From positions 1 through 64,000 of IMG/VR virus record IMGVR_UViG_3300037308_000440: a stretch of DNA of 64,000 nt. One strand, written 5' to 3'. This DNA comes from a virus. Lineage: Duplodnaviria > Caudoviricetes. Shown piece after piece: positions 1 through 9,914 of this stretch. The notes under the pieces were generated by a model. It made no database searches. It was not told where the DNA came from and saw only the letters and a list, made by a program, of their open reading frames with translations. The number at the start of each line of letters is the position of its first letter. Position 1 is the stretch's first letter. Position numbers and translations under genes: made by a program.

Positions 1-51
1 AAATCCAGTGGGCGCAAGTCCATAAGGGTTCGACTCCCTTCTGAGCTACCA
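1..51 (+). tRNA. 3' part of a class II tRNA (Leu-like), truncated by window edge
   Basis: Long variable arm GGGCGCAAGTCC, T-arm AAGGG-TTCGACT-CCCTT, ends ACCA at 51; variable arm nearly identical to tRNA-Leu at 1324; anticodon outside window. Confidence 0.8.
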
Positions 52-65
52 CAAAAAGGAACCAA

Positions 66-653
66 ATGAGCGATCTAATAAGAATTCAAATTAAATGGGA
101 AGCACCCATTAAAGTTTTTCAAGTAGCGCAAGGAATATTAACTTGTGATAAACAAATTCAGAAACCAGAGGGAATATTTTTTGAAGAATTATTTTCATGT
201 AAAATAAAAGTAGAAAATGGTTCTCATGGTTATTCATCAATAGGAGAAAAAGGAATTCCTTCTGGAATATTTAATAGAATTAAAGATAAATTAGAAATAA
301 TGATTAAGTCATATCATGATGGTTTATCATTATCAGAATATAGCTTTTTTTGGGTTGAAGATTTAACATATTATGTTGTAACTACTTTATATGCTGATGA
401 AAAAAGATTACCAAGAACTAGAAATGTTGCAATAGTTACAGAAGAGACAGAAGCAATTGATATTGTACATTGTAATTATGGTGATATTTATGAATTTTCT
501 TATGACTATGCATTGATAGAAAAATTACAACCAGGATTATATCCAGCCGTACTAAAAGAAATGTGGTTTCAATGGGATAAAGAAAAGAAACGATATTGTA
601 GCTGTGAAAAACCAAAAGAATTCTTACATATGGTTAATTTTACAATAGGATAA
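66..653 (+). CDS. Hypothetical protein (195 aa)
   Basis: AAGGA RBS, full ORF between two tRNA genes; no recognisable motif. Confidence 0.7.
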   Translation: MSDLIRIQIKWEAPIKVFQVAQGILTCDKQIQKPEGIFFEELFSCKIKVENGSHGYSSIGEKGIPSGIFNRIKDKLEIMIKSYHDGLSLSEYSFFWVEDLTYYVVTTLYADEKRLPRTRNVAIVTEETEAIDIVHCNYGDIYEFSYDYALIEKLQPGLYPAVLKEMWFQWDKEKKRYCSCEKPKEFLHMVNFTIG

Positions 654-656
654 TCA

Positions 657-732
657 GCCTTCGTAACTCAGTAGGTAGAGTACCTCCTTGGTAAGGAGGA
701 AGTCATCGGTTCAAGTCCGATCGAAGGCTCCA
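657..732 (+). tRNA. tRNA-Thr(GGT)
   Basis: Cloverleaf; anticodon arm CCTCC-TT GGT AA-GGAGG; TTCAAGT T-loop; encoded CCA. Confidence 0.95.
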
Positions 733-742
733 GGAGAAAACT

Positions 743-1150
743 TTGAAACTAAATAAGAAACATTTAATAGTAAATATAATCCTATTAATTATTGGAATAT
801 TTTTTATGTTATTAACTTTAGCTGGTATAATGATGTATAAAGATGTTCCTACTATTGTTATTATTGGACTTCTTGCAGCTTGTTGCCTTATGTGCGTAGT
901 TATAAATATTAAATATTCATCTTGGTATATAGAAATTAAAGAAATTCCCAGAAGTGATTTTGTAGAATATACTTTTAAAAATATGTATGTTCTATCACAT
1001 AGAGAATCAATGATGGCATTTGAAATTCCAATGACCATACTTGATATGATTGATTTAAATAAGGTTGTTAAAATTAGACATAATTATGATTATGCAAAAC
1101 AACTGAAAAATATAGAGCTTGATCTAATGGATCAGGAAAGAAAAACATGA
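743..1150 (+). CDS. Hypothetical membrane protein, two N-terminal TM segments
   Basis: AGGAG RBS before TTG; two hydrophobic stretches. Confidence 0.7.
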   Translation: MKLNKKHLIVNIILLIIGIFFMLLTLAGIMMYKDVPTIVIIGLLAACCLMCVVINIKYSSWYIEIKEIPRSDFVEYTFKNMYVLSHRESMMAFEIPMTILDMIDLNKVVKIRHNYDYAKQLKNIELDLMDQERKT

Positions 1151-1323
1151 AGAAACCATTCACAATTGAAGAACAAATTCCTTTATGGGATGCAATAAAC
1201 GAATATACTGAATCTTGTGGTGGGAATACCTCAGGAGAAACAATATCAGATAAAAGAATGGATTGTGTAGTAAAAGTGATGAAAGTTATTGAGTCATTAA
1301 TAGAAACTAGAGAGTAAACATGT

Positions 1324-1410
1324 GGCCGGGTGGTGAAACTGGTAGACACAAGGGACTTAAAATCCCTCGGGCGCAAGTCCATACGGGTTCGACTCCCGTC
1401 CTGGCTACCA
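1324..1410 (+). tRNA. tRNA-Leu(TAA)
   Basis: Anticodon arm AGGGA-CT TAA AA-TCCCT, long variable arm, A73, CCA. Confidence 0.95.
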
Positions 1411-1729
1411 ATTTTTAAAAGGAGTAACATTGAAAACATACTTAGTTTTTACAGAACAATGCGATGATGATACTATTATTACTAGAATGACTAGTAAAAA
1501 AATAAGAGAATATATAGATAAAAATGGTTACGAAGGCATTGCGATAGTAGAAGGTAATTTATTAAAGGATTTTACAAGTAAAGTTGACATATCTAAATTT
1601 AAGGAGTAACATGAAAAAGAAAAAGGTGTTTCATTCACTTATTGAAATTGAAAAAGAATATTTTCCAGAAGCATTCAAAAGAAGATTGAAGAAAATAAAA
1701 GAAGATCAAGAAAGGGATGAAGATTTCAA

Positions 1730-2500
1730 ATGGGGTCATTCAACGTAGTATGTTCAATTTCTCATATTAGTATCAATTCTGGTGACCCCATTGTTTTAAT
1801 CCCCCTTGAAGTTTCAAAATATCCTACTGCAAAAATAGGCGACAATAACCTTTTTCTTTTATACTGTCATGCATTTTATTCTCCTGCATGTTTTCCATTA
1901 AAAGGAGAGTATGATGATTATGGTGGTATAGAATATATTGAAAAGGATGAATCTTTAGAATTTGCAGAGGAATGGTATAAAGTACCAATTGAAAAAATTT
2001 GGGAAACCAGAGAAAACATTGAAGAACATCCAAAGAATATTACAACTGGAATGTTTATTCATAGAGAAGTTTATGAAATGCTTATCAATACTCAAATTGA
2101 TGATCTAGGTAGAAAAAAGATAGGTCAATTTTTATTAAGAAATAAACTTTCATTAGAATATGATTATTCTGCAGCTTGTGAAGAAATAATCAAACAAAAG
2201 AAAAATTATGATGAAATGAATTTTCCAGAAGATTTATATGGGCATAATTTAAATCACCCATTTCAATTTAGAGAATCTGAAACAATGTTTAAAATGAGTT
2301 ATCATTGTTTATTAAATAAAATAATGAAAGATTCTTTAATAAATTTAGTGTTATTACAGGATGGAATGTTTTCTGTTAATTCGTTCTATTTTCCAGCAAT
2401 GAGTGGTTATCAATTCGGTAATCATTACATGAGCAAGAAACTTTATCAAACTGCAAACAGAGTTGTCACCGAAAAAATAAAGAGGTATAAACTCAAATGA
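1730..2500 (+). CDS. Phage hypothetical protein (256 aa)
   Basis: Long ORF in + strand cistron; N-terminal MGSFNVVC and GEYDDYG segments resemble large-phage hypotheticals (from memory). Confidence 0.7.
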   Translation: MGSFNVVCSISHISINSGDPIVLIPLEVSKYPTAKIGDNNLFLLYCHAFYSPACFPLKGEYDDYGGIEYIEKDESLEFAEEWYKVPIEKIWETRENIEEHPKNITTGMFIHREVYEMLINTQIDDLGRKKIGQFLLRNKLSLEYDYSAACEEIIKQKKNYDEMNFPEDLYGHNLNHPFQFRESETMFKMSYHCLLNKIMKDSLINLVLLQDGMFSVNSFYFPAMSGYQFGNHYMSKKLYQTANRVVTEKIKRYKLK

Positions 2501-2979
2501 GTAACCAGTTAATACCAGTTGAATTTCATTCTTATAGAGATGATTTAAGATATCAATCATGGCCTCGCGCTGTTTGTTGCAGACCAATGGTTGGGGATTT
2601 GGTTCAATCAAATTCTGGAAAATATGGTCAGATACACACTATTTGTCATATTGTAGAAAGTGGAGATGTTAAATTAAGAATTGAACTAATTGAGATTTAA
2701 TGCGGATTAAAAGGAAAGATTAGATTTTGGGTAAAATTAAAAGAAGCAAATCAAATCGAATGTGAAATTCCAGAAAGGTGAAAGTAATGACAAAAAAAGC
2801 AATTTTAATAATCTCGATTATCGGATGGTTGTTTGTTATTGGAATTGTCATTGGGGCAAACCAATCTCCTAAATTTCAAAAAGCATTATTTGGGGAATCA
2901 AAGAAAATAGAGGTAGTTTCTAACGGACCTGAAGCAGCTAGATGGAATCATTATTTTAAAAATAATTAAATGGATTTGA

Positions 2980-3340
2980 GGGGGCGACACGGTTTCGACG
3001 GGGTTGAAGACGAAAGAGATGCATGCCGTGGAAAGTCATTGTGACCACGTTAACCATCAATGGCACTAAAGTAGACGCAGCTGACGACTACAACACCGAA
3101 TTGGCCCTCGCGGCCTAATTCCGTCCTACTATTTCTCTACTCTCGGATTTAGATAGGGCGCCGACTTGAGAGTTGCTCTGTTCATTTTGCTTACTGGGAT
3201 GAATGGAAAAGACAACAGTGAGACCCTGCACAGATAGTTTGTCTTTGGAAGATCTGTGTTGATTCTAAACAAAGACTACGCATGTAGTATCAAATTCTGA
3301 ACAATTTCGGACGCGGGTTCGACTCCCGCCGCCTCCACCA
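2980..3340 (+). ncRNA. ssrA: tmRNA, tag peptide (A)ADDYNTELALAA*
   Basis: 5' GGGGGCGA..GGTTTCGAC and 3' GCGGGTTCGACTCCCGCCGCCTCCACCA form Ala-like acceptor with G3-U70; tag ORF 3077-3118 after TAGAC, ends ALAA-TAA. Confidence 0.95.
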
Positions 3341-3345
3341 TTTTG

Positions 3346-3382
3346 AAGCACCGTGGCAGGTAATATCTTTGTCACGGTGCTT
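3346..3382 (+). terminator. 13-bp hairpin directly after tmRNA (terminator or processing stem)
   Basis: AAGCACCGTGGCA / TGTCACGGTGCTT inverted repeat; no U-tract. Confidence 0.55.
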
Positions 3383-3953
3383 AAGAAAGGATAAAATGGA
3401 AAAAAAGGTAATTGATCATGAACTATTAAAAGAAATATTTACATCATTAATTAATCAATGTGATTCATGGAGCTGTCTTGGATGGAAAAAAGAACCAACC
3501 ATAACAACATGTTCTAGATGTAAAACTGCTAATAAGTTATATAAAGAATTTCCTGACTTACTCATAGATATACCCAAAGAAGATTTTAAAGAAAAAAATT
3601 TTAGATTAGAAGTACAATCTTATATAAGTAGTTGGATGCTAGCTTGGAAAAAAGATAGGTGTAAATATGTAATGTTTAAACATGAAAAATATTCTTCTTT
3701 ATTCCCTATCTTATTTCCTTCTTCTCTGGATCATCAAGAATTAGCAAATTTATTTATAAAGACTCATCCAGGAATGAAAGCAGTATCCTCTGGATTTGTC
3801 TCAATTGCAAATACTATTGATTTTGAAACTTCATTAAAAATATTTAACTGTTTTGGAGAGTCAAGATATAATAATTTAAAATCTAAAGATGATGATAATA
3901 AAACAATATCTCTAATGTTATTTCATCAAGATTTAATGAATGAAATAGAATAG
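3369..3953 (+). CDS. Hypothetical protein
   Basis: ORF track; likely start at MEKKVID (AAGGA RBS); CxxC near N-terminus. Confidence 0.65.
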   Translation: MSRCLRKDKMEKKVIDHELLKEIFTSLINQCDSWSCLGWKKEPTITTCSRCKTANKLYKEFPDLLIDIPKEDFKEKNFRLEVQSYISSWMLAWKKDRCKYVMFKHEKYSSLFPILFPSSLDHQELANLFIKTHPGMKAVSSGFVSIANTIDFETSLKIFNCFGESRYNNLKSKDDDNKTISLMLFHQDLMNEIE

Positions 3954-5403
3954 GGAGTCAAAAAATGTGGATAAAATATCGCCATAAATGGGCATGGGGA
4001 ATTTCTAAAAAATGGGAATATGAAGAATGTAATCCTAAAGATTTAGAATTTGTAATAGAAGATATAACAAAAAGAAATGAATGGTCTGAAAAATATAGAG
4101 GGATAGAATATTTCAAAGTTAAAAGTTTACCTCTTGAACAAATTAGAAAAAGAATTAACGCTCATCGAAATTCTATGGGGTATCATGCTGAACAATTAGA
4201 ACGTTTCCTTAGAATGGAACAAAACAGGACCAAAAAGAAAAATGAAAATACCAAGTCGCTTTTACACTGACCTTCATGTTGAGTATAAGAACGAAGGGTT
4301 TTCTGCTATTAGAATGTATTCTTTTCCAAACTCATCATTAGAAATATATAAGGGATTAATTCAAGGAACATCGAATTTATTTATTGGAATAAGAATTAAA
4401 AACTGGGGATTGCGAATTCATTCTTCTGGAGAATTTGCTAAAACTATTGAAAAATTATCAAAGCAAAAGAAATCATCTAAAATTATTCAATTATGCCTTG
4501 AAAAATTAATAGCTAATAAAAAAGTATTCCCTAAATTCTGTCAAAATCTTTATGCATTTGGTCATTCAGAAGGACAAAAAGAAGTAAGAAATGTCCTCAG
4601 AGAAACATTTGGATTTTTAAATGAATAAAACACAAACAGAAATAATGGAAGTATTAAGAAAACATAGAATAGCTAGAGATGAGTTAAATCAGTGTTCAGA
4701 TTTATTTAAGACTATTTCAGAAGATTGTGAGTATAAATCAGGCGGAACTTGCAACAATGCAGATAGCACTCGTCATAAATGTTGCCCAATTGGGTGCCCA
4801 TTTGATCCAATTTATAGAGAAGAAGAAAAGAAATCTTATCATGAAAAGAAACCAGGAGTTTGGTGCTAATGAGTATACTTAAAAATTTAGAGAATAAACA
4901 AAAGAAAACTTTATTTGATTATTTTATTATTTATCTTATAGCTATGGGACTTGGTTTTAATGTATTAATATTAATCGGTTTTATAATGTATATAATACTA
5001 ATGATATGGCCATACAAACCATGAAATTCTTTCTTGCTTTTTTATGTTTCATTCTTTCATTTAATCTTTGTGAAGCTAAAAATAAACATTCTCCAATTCA
5101 GAATAACAATGAACCAACATATGAAAAACCAATATTTAAAGATCCATATATTAAATGGTTAGAGTTATCTGAGCAAGATCGTAAACTTCTGATAATAAAT
5201 CTTCAAGACTGGTTTGGGCTTTTATCAAATGAAAAACGCCCACTTTATAGAAGCGATTGGTTATATGGTCTTGCTCATGAGTATAAACGATTAAATGAAG
5301 AACTAAAAAAATGTGAAGATTTTCAGTGTGAAATGAAATGTTATGCTTATATATCATGCATTGAAACTTGGATAACAGTAGTTGAAAATTTAGGATTTTA
5401 AAA

Positions 5404-5640
5404 ATGCAAGAATTTACTGAAGATCCTTGTATAATATGTCTAGTTAAAATTATGTGCAAGCAAAAATGTGATTTATACTTCAAAGCTTTATACCATATAT
5501 CAAGAAATATAGGAAGATGGGACTCACAAACTATTAGAAAATATAGACAAAGTGCAAGACCTGAATTTCTTCATGAAGTAGAACATGAAATAAAACGCTG
5601 GGTTAAATACAGAGAAGCACATAGAATTCCATTGTATTGA
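5404..5640 (+). CDS. Cys-rich ORFan family member (PCxxCLVxxxCxxxC)
   Basis: DPCIICLVKIMCKQKC. Confidence 0.75.
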   Translation: MQEFTEDPCIICLVKIMCKQKCDLYFKALYHISRNIGRWDSQTIRKYRQSARPEFLHEVEHEIKRWVKYREAHRIPLY

Positions 5641-5866
5641 GAGGTAAATATGCAAGATTGGATTTCTTTTCATTATAGTGGAAAAAAAGGAATAGTTCAT
5701 ACTGAATTTCCTGAAATTGGGGATTTACTAGTAAATGAACTTGGAGCAATATATTTAGAAACAATTGAAACTCCTATTGGAACATACAAACGTTACTCTG
5801 TTAGAAATTTAATGGAAGCATATTATATTATGTTTTCAGGATTTAGATATATATTAGGATGGTAAT

Positions 5867-6130
5867 ATGAAAAATCCTTGTGAGGTATGCTTAGTTAAAA
5901 CTATGTGTTCAAATATTTGCGATAAAAAATTAGAATATGGTGAATATTGGTTGAAACAACTAGATGGATTGCAAAAACATTTTTATACTAAAGGAGGAAA
6001 TCGTAAAAATAAAAAGTTAATTCCAAAAGAAATAATTAAGATTAAAGAAAAAGTAATTAAAAGACTAGATCTAAATAGAGAACAAATAAGTAAAATTCTT
6101 TTAAGACCATACGGAGATTTTAAATTGTGA
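5867..6130 (+). CDS. Cys-rich ORFan family member
   Basis: NPCEVCLVKTMCSNIC. Confidence 0.75.
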   Translation: MKNPCEVCLVKTMCSNICDKKLEYGEYWLKQLDGLQKHFYTKGGNRKNKKLIPKEIIKIKEKVIKRLDLNREQISKILLRPYGDFKL

Positions 6131-6396
6131 GTGTTTGCCCATTGGTAAAAGGAATGTTAGTACAGATTTCTAATGATTGTTCTGAAACACACAGAAGATA
6201 TACTTTAGTTGATAAAATGAAACCCCTTTTAGGAACTATTCAGAAAGTATCATCAGTTTCTTTTGATAATGTAACTGTTGTTATAAATGGATATAATTGG
6301 TATTCAGGTGATCTTATACCAGTTAATAACCAAGAAGATGAAAACCCCATAGAATATAAACCTGTAACTTTTGATTCGGAGAATTTAAATGTTTAA
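6127..6396 (+). CDS. Small ORFan with C-terminal F[DN]xxNL motif
   Basis: GMLVQI..GTIQKV..GYNWYSGDL core, ends TFDSENLNV. Confidence 0.7.
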   Translation: MSVCPLVKGMLVQISNDCSETHRRYTLVDKMKPLLGTIQKVSSVSFDNVTVVINGYNWYSGDLIPVNNQEDENPIEYKPVTFDSENLNV

Positions 6397-6639
6397 GATA
6401 ACATTTAATTTAGAACAATTAGAAAAGAATTATGAAACATTTGAGGATGCATTTATTGATTTTTATTATATGATTAAAGAATCTGTAAGTCAAGGAACAG
6501 CTTGGCAAGTATTAGAAACTATGCATTGGATTCAAGAAAATAACAATGAGCCTCTACTATTCTACGATGCTAGAGATAAGGCATATAAATTAGGTCTTTT
6601 AGAAAAAGATGGAAAACTAAGAGTAAAAAAGGGAAAATA

Positions 6640-7179
6640 ATGGATTACTTTACAGGGGATGAACATCACGATCATCTTAATAAGAAAGCAACTGGTATAA
6701 TTGACTACTGCAAAAGACCATTTAAAAACATAATGCAAAATTCCAAAGTAATAATTGAACGCCACAACGATACAGTTAAAGAAGAAGATACAGTAATTCA
6801 TGTTGGTGACTTTTGCATGAGAGGAAATTCTCATTTAACATATTATGAATCTTTAATGAAGAGATATAGACCTGTTAAATACAGGCATTTAATTCTGGGT
6901 AATCATGATTATATGGATCCATTCAAGTATCATGAGATTGGATTCACTAGTGTACATACTGTTTACTGGTTTGAAGAAATGGGTTTTAAATTTCTAGTTG
7001 CACATGATCCTTCATTCTATCAACCAGCAGTATATGATAAAATAATGATATGCGGGCATATTCATAACTTATTTAAAGTAATACCGGATCGTAAGATTGT
7101 AAATGTTGGAGTTGACGTCTGGGATTTCACTCCTGTAAGTTTAGAACAAATAATAACTATACTGAATCTTAAGAAGTGA
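6640..7179 (+). CDS. Calcineurin-like metallophosphoesterase
   Basis: GDEHH, VGDF, LGNHD, HDP, CGHIH motifs. Confidence 0.9.
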   Translation: MDYFTGDEHHDHLNKKATGIIDYCKRPFKNIMQNSKVIIERHNDTVKEEDTVIHVGDFCMRGNSHLTYYESLMKRYRPVKYRHLILGNHDYMDPFKYHEIGFTSVHTVYWFEEMGFKFLVAHDPSFYQPAVYDKIMICGHIHNLFKVIPDRKIVNVGVDVWDFTPVSLEQIITILNLKK

Positions 7180-7424
7180 CATATATGACATGTAAAGGGT
7201 GTTACTGTAACATGTATATGCAAAAAAGAAAAGGGTGTCTTTATATGTTTGCATCGCAACATGAAATATTAAAAAAAGAATGCCCTTGTAAAGATTGTAT
7301 TGTTCAAATTATGTGTACGGACAGATATAATAAATGTGAAAAATTCCATATTTTTTTAAATGATAATATGGTTAGAATAACACCTGAGGGGAATTTATTT
7401 AACACTTGTGAAAAAACTTTTTGA
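7176..7424 (+). CDS. Cys-rich ORFan family member
   Basis: CPCKDCIVQIMCTDRYNKC. Confidence 0.65.
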   Translation: MTYMTCKGCYCNMYMQKRKGCLYMFASQHEILKKECPCKDCIVQIMCTDRYNKCEKFHIFLNDNMVRITPEGNLFNTCEKTF

Positions 7425-7495
7425 TGCGGGAAGCGAGGCGCAGATCTGGGCTCATAACCCACGATCAAGGGGTTCGAGTCCCCTTCCCGCTACCA
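7425..7495 (+). tRNA. tRNA-Met(CAT), initiator-like, shortened D-arm
   Basis: GGG-CT CAT AA-CCC anticodon arm, U1xU72 mismatch, T-arm AGGGG-TTCGAGT-CCCCT, ACCA; only 14 nt between acceptor and anticodon stems. Confidence 0.75.
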
Positions 7496-7754
7496 ACTAA
7501 AGAGAGAAAATGAAAGTCATTTACGTTGAACTAAAAGAATGTGATAAAAAATGTCTTTATTATAATTATGAACAAGATATAAGTTGCAGTAATGATGATG
7601 GAACAGAATGGTGTACTAAAAATAAAAAACCTATTAGATTTGAAGATAGATATGAAGGAAAATTTCCTGATGGAAAAAAATTAAACTTTCCTAAATGGTG
7701 CCCATTAAGAGACAAAGATGACTTCAGAAAAAACATTAAATTTTTTAGCTAATT

Positions 7755-7964
7755 ATGCGTAAAGATCGCTGGGCATGTCAAGAATGTTTAGTTAAAGTTA
7801 TGTGTAAAAAAATATGTCAAAGAACAAAACTATATAGTGATATATGTTACGAAGCTTGTTCAGAACAAGAAAGAATTGAATGTGCTAAACAAGGTTATAT
7901 AATTTCTTGTGGAAAAGCAAACAATTTCATGAGATCTAAAATAAATTTTATGGAGGGTTTATGA
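7755..7964 (+). CDS. Cys-rich ORFan family member
   Basis: ACQECLVKVMCKKIC. Confidence 0.7.
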   Translation: MRKDRWACQECLVKVMCKKICQRTKLYSDICYEACSEQERIECAKQGYIISCGKANNFMRSKINFMEGL

Positions 7965-7965
7965 G

Positions 7966-8547
7966 TTGGAAAACAAAGACATCTTTCACTACTTGGTGGG
8001 GAATAGGATTCCCCAAGACTTTTTTGTAACAAAAGGTATTGGAGAAAGCGATCTAACAGTTCACGCCGGCTCCTACCATCTTGCCTTAAAAGATGCCGGA
8101 ATAGAAATGTGCAATATAATGACTTATTCTTCAATCCTTCCTGGTATTGCACAAGAAATTAAAAGACCAAAAAAATTAACTCATGGATCTGTAATGGAAT
8201 CAATATTTTCAGTATGTAATTGTGAAAAAGGGGTTCGTGCAACTTCCGGAATTATTTTTGGGTGGTTGTTCGATAAATCAAAAAATAAATATGGTGGGTT
8301 AGTTTGTGAAATCTATGGAAATGAATCAGCAGTAGAAATTGATAGAAAGCTACATGATAGTATTGATGAATTATACTACAATGGGTTTTCTGATGATTTT
8401 GAACTAAGAGATCGAAGAGTAATAATTAGTTCATTTATTCCAAAGAAAAAATATGGAACAGCTCTTGTAGCTTTGTGTTTCACAAACTACCAATACCCAA
8501 TTTTAGGAGCAGTGAATGGCGCCATCTTACAGAGTAATGAAAACTGA
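7966..8547 (+). CDS. pdaD: Pyruvoyl-dependent arginine decarboxylase
   Basis: FFVTKGIGES..SYHLALKDAGIEMCNIMTYSSILP with Ser-Ser autocleavage site; LVCE; C-terminal ALVALCF. Confidence 0.85.
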   Translation: MENKDIFHYLVGNRIPQDFFVTKGIGESDLTVHAGSYHLALKDAGIEMCNIMTYSSILPGIAQEIKRPKKLTHGSVMESIFSVCNCEKGVRATSGIIFGWLFDKSKNKYGGLVCEIYGNESAVEIDRKLHDSIDELYYNGFSDDFELRDRRVIISSFIPKKKYGTALVALCFTNYQYPILGAVNGAILQSNEN

Positions 8548-9046
8548 CGAATACAAAGACGAAATTTTTTATAGAGTTGCGTGTCGTTGTGGTTCAAAAG
8601 ATTGCGATATGCATCTTACATTGAAGCTTGATCGAAAATATGGAATGATCTCTATGTTATTTGAAAAACAACTTATTGTTACCAGCGATTGGTGGGATAC
8701 AAAACCAGTATGGTTTGATTTCTTTGGAGATCCATGGGAAGTAACCAAAGAAAATCTTAAAAATTGGTTTAAGAATCTTCTATCTAAAATTAAGAACAAA
8801 ATCATTTATACATGGAAATTATGGATTCATGGTTATATCGAAACAAGTGCAGATTTATTATTTTCAGATGAAAAACATATTGAAGCATTTGTTGACGCAA
8901 TCCTTTCTGGAAAAAATGAGCTGTCAAAAATCTTTGAGGAACACAGATTGGAGAGTATAAAAAAGAGTGAAGAAGCTGCCAAAAATAACCAAAAAGAATC
9001 ATGCGATACTAATGACGTTCAGAAGGGGGAAGATAGTACAGTTTAG
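8516..9046 (+). CDS. Hypothetical protein with CxCGSxxC motif
   Basis: ACRCGSKDC; ORF track. Confidence 0.65.
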   Translation: MAPSYRVMKTDEYKDEIFYRVACRCGSKDCDMHLTLKLDRKYGMISMLFEKQLIVTSDWWDTKPVWFDFFGDPWEVTKENLKNWFKNLLSKIKNKIIYTWKLWIHGYIETSADLLFSDEKHIEAFVDAILSGKNELSKIFEEHRLESIKKSEEAAKNNQKESCDTNDVQKGEDSTV

Positions 9047-9375
9047 TTCTAATATGAGCGAAGATGATATTATTAATATAGCTGGGCAATATCATTTCGG
9101 AATTCATTTCTATGAACCTGGAACCACCGAATTTACGAAATTTGGCAAAAACACTTGTCGGTTAACGTGAGGTGAAAAGTGGCGGAACGTTATTTAGTCA
9201 CTGGTGTTCAATTAGGACTATTGAAGGGTCTTGTAAAAACAGGAAATCAAGAAGAAGCATTTTTATTAATTGAAGGAATATTAAATACTCAACATTGTGG
9301 GTATTCAGAAAATGATGTTTGTGATGATGCAAACGAAATTGCTGACTCAAAAATTTTAGGAACTTAATTATAAGC

Positions 9376-9399
9376 GGAGAGGTCGCCTAGCACGGTTTA
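9376..9399 (+). pseudogene. Isolated 5' tRNA fragment (acceptor strand plus part of D-arm), Ser-like
   Basis: GGAGAGGTCGCCTAGCACGGTTTA parallels GGAGAGGTGTCCGAGTTAGGTTTA at 9800; broken off by endonuclease ATG. Confidence 0.65.
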
Positions 9400-9798
9400 T
9401 GAATGAAACTAAACATAAAGGAAATATAACTGAATTAGCAATGGCAAAAGCACTATTACAAAAAGGATATACTGTTTGTTTTCCATATGGAGAAAATAAC
9501 AGATACGACTTAGTAGTTGAAATTGATAGCAAATTTAAAAAAAATTCAATGTAAAACTTCTAGATTAAGAAATGGCGTTCTTGTTTTTCAAACTAGTGGA
9601 CTAACAATAATTAAAGGGAAAGAAAAAGGGCATTATAGAGGAGAGATAGATTATTTTGGAGTATATTCTCCAGATTTAAACAAATGTTATTTGATACCAG
9701 TAGATCAAGTTGGTATTAGTTGCTGTAGTTTAATTTTAGATGAAACTAAAAATTATGGAAAAAGAAAAGTTAACTATGCTAAATCATACGAAATCTAA
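9399..9798 (+). mobile_element. PD-(D/E)XK homing endonuclease (I-Ssp6803I-like), frameshifted at A8 run 9537-9544
   Basis: Frame 1 MNETKHKGNITELAMAKALLQKGYTVCFPYGENNRYDLVVE; next frame KKIQCKTSR..Y..EIDYFGVY..CYLIP; removing one A gives one ~132-aa ORF. Confidence 0.8.
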
Positions 9799-9799
9799 T

Positions 9800-9893
9800 G
9801 GAGAGGTGTCCGAGTTAGGTTTAAGGAGCTTGCCTGCTAAGCAAGTGTAGTATTAAAATGCTACCGCGAGTTCAAATCTCGCCCTCTCCGCCA
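9800..9893 (+). tRNA. tRNA-Ser(GCT)
   Basis: CTTGC-CT GCT AA-GCAAG, long variable arm, G73, CCA. Confidence 0.95.
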
Positions 9894-9914
9894 CTCGAAC
9901 TTGAAAGGAATAAA

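Noticed and set aside
9537-9544. Programmed ribosomal frameshift in the endonuclease
   Set aside because: One-base indel in an A8 run, with a similar one in a G-run at 12462-12465; sequencing error or HEG decay is simpler; needs read check
9399-9799. Group I intron in tRNA-Ser
   Set aside because: The insert is entirely ORF with no room for a ribozyme core; the site is the D-loop; joining the flanks gives a mismatched D-stem
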